Source: an uncultured Treponema sp.
GTDB lineage: Bacteria > Spirochaetota > Spirochaetia > Treponematales > Treponemataceae
Reading direction: 5' to 3'
Length of the DNA stretch: 64,000 bases
Assembly: GCA_938045195.1 (NCBI GenBank)
Contig: CALINC010000139.1
Span: 6,039 to 70,038 of the forward strand
In this document: piece by piece, positions 60,544 to 64,000 of the stretch
Numbering within the stretch: the stretch's first letter is position 1
Layout of the letters: every line of letters starts with the position of its first letter
Program-made: the position numbers and the translations under genes
Notes under the pieces: generated by a model
The model's database searches: none
What the model was told of the DNA's origin: nothing
The model's input: only the letters and a program-made list of their open reading frames with translations

Positions 60544-62856
60544 ATGTCTGAACAGCTATCTAAATTTAGAATTAAACAGGGACGGAAAGTTTTTGATGCT
60601 TACAACGGAATAAATTCATTTTCGTTTGCACTGGTTACGGGAAATACGATTACTCTCTACGCAATGGCACTTAATGCAAGCAGCACCGTTATCGGGTTAT
60701 TAACGGCTTTTATGTATATGTGTTATTTTACATTGCCGTTAGGAAAACTTGCCGCCCGCAGATTTACAATTGTACAGACTTTTTGTTATACATGGTTTTT
60801 GCGCAACCTTTCGCTTTTGCCTATTTTGAGCGTGCCGTATTTTTATTTTGCGCAAAACAATGAAGCTGCCATTTTTATGCTTCTCCTTGCGGTAGCATTA
60901 TTTAATTTTTTCCGCGGAGCAGGGATAATTGCAAATAATCCCGTTATCAGCCTTTTATCGCCCGGGAAAGATAGAAATTCATATATCGTTCGTATTTCGC
61001 TTACCAATAATGCCGCAACTTTAATTGCAATTATTTTCTTGACGGTCTATTTGCATATCGCAACTCAAAACGGAATTCATTTAATTTCTACATATAATAT
61101 CACGGCAATTATCGGAATTATTACCGGTTTTGCAGCTTCCACTCTTCTATTAAAACTGCCCGATCCTGAACTCGAAGACAAGCAAAGAAAAATTCTTGAA
61201 GCAAAAGCCGAAGGTAAAAGCAAAAAAGAAATTAGAAAACTTAAATGGGGAGCGTCTTCGGCAGAGACAAGCGGATTTTTTTCCAGTGTAAAAGAAGCTC
61301 TCTGCGAAAAGAATTTCCGCATTTATTTATTTTCTTTTCTTATTATTCAATTTGGAATAAGTTTGGCACGCCCGTTTATTATAGTTTACGGAAAAGCCGT
61401 GTATTCAGTTCCCGATAATTTAATAATAGTTTTATCGCTGGCATCTACTACAGGCTCTCTTTTAGTAGGTCTTTTAATGAGACTTTTAATTGACCGGATG
61501 GGTGCGAAACCTATGTATATCATTTTTACGGCTTTAAGTGTTACCGCTCTCATTCCTGCAATTATTGCACCCGCGCAAGGAATATGGACGGCATCTTTTA
61601 TATTTTTAATTTTATTTTCCGTTTTTGTGAATATGGGTTTTTCCGCACAAATAGATGCTGCACAGGCATATTTTTTTGGTATAACGCCGAATAAAGCGGT
61701 TATAAATTTAAGCATGCTTTATTTTATCGTACTGGGAATTACCGGTGCGGCAGGTTCGGTTTTGGGCGGACAGCTTTTGGATATTTTTTCTGCAAGGGGC
61801 TTTACAAATTTAAGCGCATACAGGTTATTCTTTTTAATAATTGTAGGCTGCATTTTATTTGGGATGCTGTTTCAATCCAAACTTTTAAATTTAGGAGGAA
61901 GACATGTTAAAGAAACGCTCGCTGTAATTTTTTCTCCGCGTGATATGAAAGCCTTAAACCTTTTATATAAATTGGATACAAATGAAAATTTAAAAACCGA
62001 AGAAAAAATTTTAGAAGAACTGACGGCAGTAGCTTCAACTGAAGCTGCGGATAAATTAAATCAATATTTACACTCTCCGCGTTTTTCAATTCGATATTCT
62101 GCACTGAATGCGTTAAAAAAACTTGAACGGCTTTCTTCCAGAAATAAAGAAGCTCTTTTAAATGAATTGGAATATGGAGAATTTACGACGGCAGCAATTG
62201 CAGCAAAAACGCTTGCACATTTTAAAGTTTACCAAGCGGTTCCGCTTTTGCGCAAAGCCCTAGAAAGCAGCGACTATCTTTTAGCGGGCGAAGCAATGCT
62301 TGCTCTTGCGGAATTAAACGATACGGCTTCTCAATTTAAAATTTCACAAATTATTTCCAAAACGGAAAACCCGAAGCTGCTTCTTTCAGGTATTGAAGCT
62401 ATGGAGATTTATCATTCGGTAACTTCAATTCCGCTTATACTTGATATTTTGCGTAGAGAAACTTTGCCCGCTCATATTGAGGATGAAGCTTATTTGGTAT
62501 TAGCTTCAATAATGAAAATAGAAGAAGGCTTTTATTATGTATATGACCGCTTTAAAAATGAGTCTAAAGTAACCGCTGCAATTTTAAGCGATGTTCTTGA
62601 CGAAGCTTTTGCAAAGCGTAAACGTCAAGATGCGGAATTAAAAAAGCTCCTTTATGATTTTTCGGCAGAGGCTAATTTCGATTCTGAATTTATAAAATGG
62701 GTTTTAAATTTCGGAAACGAAGCACTAGGCGTAAATACGGCACTGCTTCTTAGCGTTGTAATGGATATAGAACTCGTAACAAGCAAAGCCTTTAGATTTT
62801 TCTTATGTTATTGGGCTGCGTGTATTTTTCAAAATCCTAAACTTGCAGAAATGTAA
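60544..62856 (+). CDS. MFS transporter with a C-terminal HEAT-repeat domain
   Basis: About 12 TMs with LIDRMGAK, then RYSALNAL, AAKTLA..AVPLL and AMLALAEL repeats. Confidence 0.82.
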   Translation: MSEQLSKFRIKQGRKVFDAYNGINSFSFALVTGNTITLYAMALNASSTVIGLLTAFMYMCYFTLPLGKLAARRFTIVQTFCYTWFLRNLSLLPILSVPYFYFAQNNEAAIFMLLLAVALFNFFRGAGIIANNPVISLLSPGKDRNSYIVRISLTNNAATLIAIIFLTVYLHIATQNGIHLISTYNITAIIGIITGFAASTLLLKLPDPELEDKQRKILEAKAEGKSKKEIRKLKWGASSAETSGFFSSVKEALCEKNFRIYLFSFLIIQFGISLARPFIIVYGKAVYSVPDNLIIVLSLASTTGSLLVGLLMRLLIDRMGAKPMYIIFTALSVTALIPAIIAPAQGIWTASFIFLILFSVFVNMGFSAQIDAAQAYFFGITPNKAVINLSMLYFIVLGITGAAGSVLGGQLLDIFSARGFTNLSAYRLFFLIIVGCILFGMLFQSKLLNLGGRHVKETLAVIFSPRDMKALNLLYKLDTNENLKTEEKILEELTAVASTEAADKLNQYLHSPRFSIRYSALNALKKLERLSSRNKEALLNELEYGEFTTAAIAAKTLAHFKVYQAVPLLRKALESSDYLLAGEAMLALAELNDTASQFKISQIISKTENPKLLLSGIEAMEIYHSVTSIPLILDILRRETLPAHIEDEAYLVLASIMKIEEGFYYVYDRFKNESKVTAAILSDVLDEAFAKRKRQDAELKKLLYDFSAEANFDSEFIKWVLNFGNEALGVNTALLLSVVMDIELVTSKAFRFFLCYWAACIFQNPKLAEM

Positions 62857-62859
62857 CCG

Positions 62860-63999
62860 CTAATCCGTTTTTATTTTGCTTAATTCATTATTAAGCTCAT
62901 TAAATGCTGCAAGGCTTTCTTGTGTTAATGTATGTGTGCTGTTTACCGCCTCTTGAATTTTAATTAGTCCGGAAGCCATATCGGTCATTGCATTGGCGAT
63001 ATCTTCTGTAGAAGAAGCAAGGTTATTCATCTCATGCGAAACTTCTTTACTTCCTGAAAGCATAGACGAAGAACCTATCTTTACATGATTTGTTATTTCA
63101 TTTATTTCCTTGATTGAATCTAGAACTTGTTCGCCGCCTGTACTTTGTTCTTTCATCTTAGTATAAATAACCTCTTCTTGAGCCTTAACGCTTTCTATCA
63201 GTTCAAAAACTTTGCTTACCTTGCTGTCGGCAATATTTGACTGCCCTGCAATTTGTTCAATTTGCATTTTTAAATTTTTTAATACGGTAGAAATTTGTTT
63301 TCCCTGCATACTGGATTCTTCAGCCAATTTTCTAATCTCATCTGCAACAACGGCAAAGCCTTTTCCTGCGTCGCCTGCATGAGCGGCTTCAATAGCTGCA
63401 TTCATTGCCAATAAATTTGTTTGGCTTGCAATATGCTGAATAATCGCACTTGCTTCGAGTAAACCGTCAGAGGCTTCACTCATTTGGCTCGCCGCTTTTG
63501 CCGCATCTTTTGTAATAATGGCAACGGTTTCCGATTCTTGTTTTAAATTAGCAATAGCAGCTGCATTTTTTTCCAATATAGATGTTGTATTTTTTATGTT
63601 AGAAACCATTTGTTCGATAGCAGAAGAAGATTGAATGACCGTAGCAGACTGCGATTCGATATTTTCATCAAGAGTTTGAATACTTCCTACAATTTGTTCA
63701 ACAGTCGATTGTGTTTGCATAACACTGCCGGTTTGTCCTATAATTCGCTCTTGGACAATATCTATCCCCTCGGCTATTTGTGTTGTAATATCCGCTGTAG
63801 AATTCATGGCGGCGGAAAGATTGCTATTAATTTCGTTAGAACGGTTTGATTTTGTTTTTACCATTGACAACAAACTTTTTGCACTTGCCGTATAGGTATT
63901 TAAATCTTTTATCGTTAAACCGAATTCATTTCGATAATTTGCAATTAGAGATTGACCGGTATAATCTTTGTTTTTTAATTCCGTGATTTTTTTACGTAT
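62860..63999 (-). CDS. Methyl-accepting chemotaxis protein, 5' part outside the window
   Basis: MCP hairpin [20 protein letters not shown]. The frame stays open to the window edge (HAMP-like [13 protein letters not shown]). Confidence 0.93.
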   Translation of the reverse strand: MRKKITELKNKDYTGQSLIANYRNEFGLTIKDLNTYTASAKSLLSMVKTKSNRSNEINSNLSAAMNSTADITTQIAEGIDIVQERIIGQTGSVMQTQSTVEQIVGSIQTLDENIESQSATVIQSSSAIEQMVSNIKNTTSILEKNAAAIANLKQESETVAIITKDAAKAASQMSEASDGLLEASAIIQHIASQTNLLAMNAAIEAAHAGDAGKGFAVVADEIRKLAEESSMQGKQISTVLKNLKMQIEQIAGQSNIADSKVSKVFELIESVKAQEEVIYTKMKEQSTGGEQVLDSIKEINEITNHVKIGSSSMLSGSKEVSHEMNNLASSTEDIANAMTDMASGLIKIQEAVNSTHTLTQESLAAFNELNNELSKIKTD

Positions 64000-64000
64000 G

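Noticed and set aside
453..63849. Many short overlapping or antisense ORFs in the track (e.g. 453-710, 5586-5975, 15874-16143, 29311-29502, 29715-30008)
   Set aside because: They are shadows of real genes or run across hairpin repeats, with no SD or family motifs.

Overview
This 64-kb window is AT-rich bacterial chromosome, most likely an oral or animal Treponema (inferred from gene content and repeat style). Most of it is housekeeping and metabolic: ileS, aroA, priA, family-4 UDG, purL, an M16C peptidase, CCA enzyme, rnhA, cbiD/cbiK/cbiA, ferritin, peptidases, ABC/MFS transporters, two MCPs, tRNA-Asp and tRNA-Pro. The standout is a visibly AT-richer block at about 29.9-40.6 kb. It encodes two tandem paralogous proteins of about 1,770 aa with the architecture kinase-like / STAND P-loop NTPase / TPR-like / GAF-like / GGDEF / GAF, i.e. 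a candidate paired NLR-like diguanylate cyclase system. Other points of note: an Rpn nuclease gene flanked by ~76-bp direct repeats with a strong internal start (nested antitoxin candidate); a CPBP-FGE/CLec fusion; three copies of a hairpin MITE-like repeat; several probably leaderless genes; a CbiA lacking its glutaminase Cys plus a PurL without a glutaminase domain; and a decaying ABC exporter pair. All calls come from reading motifs by eye; no database searches were run.
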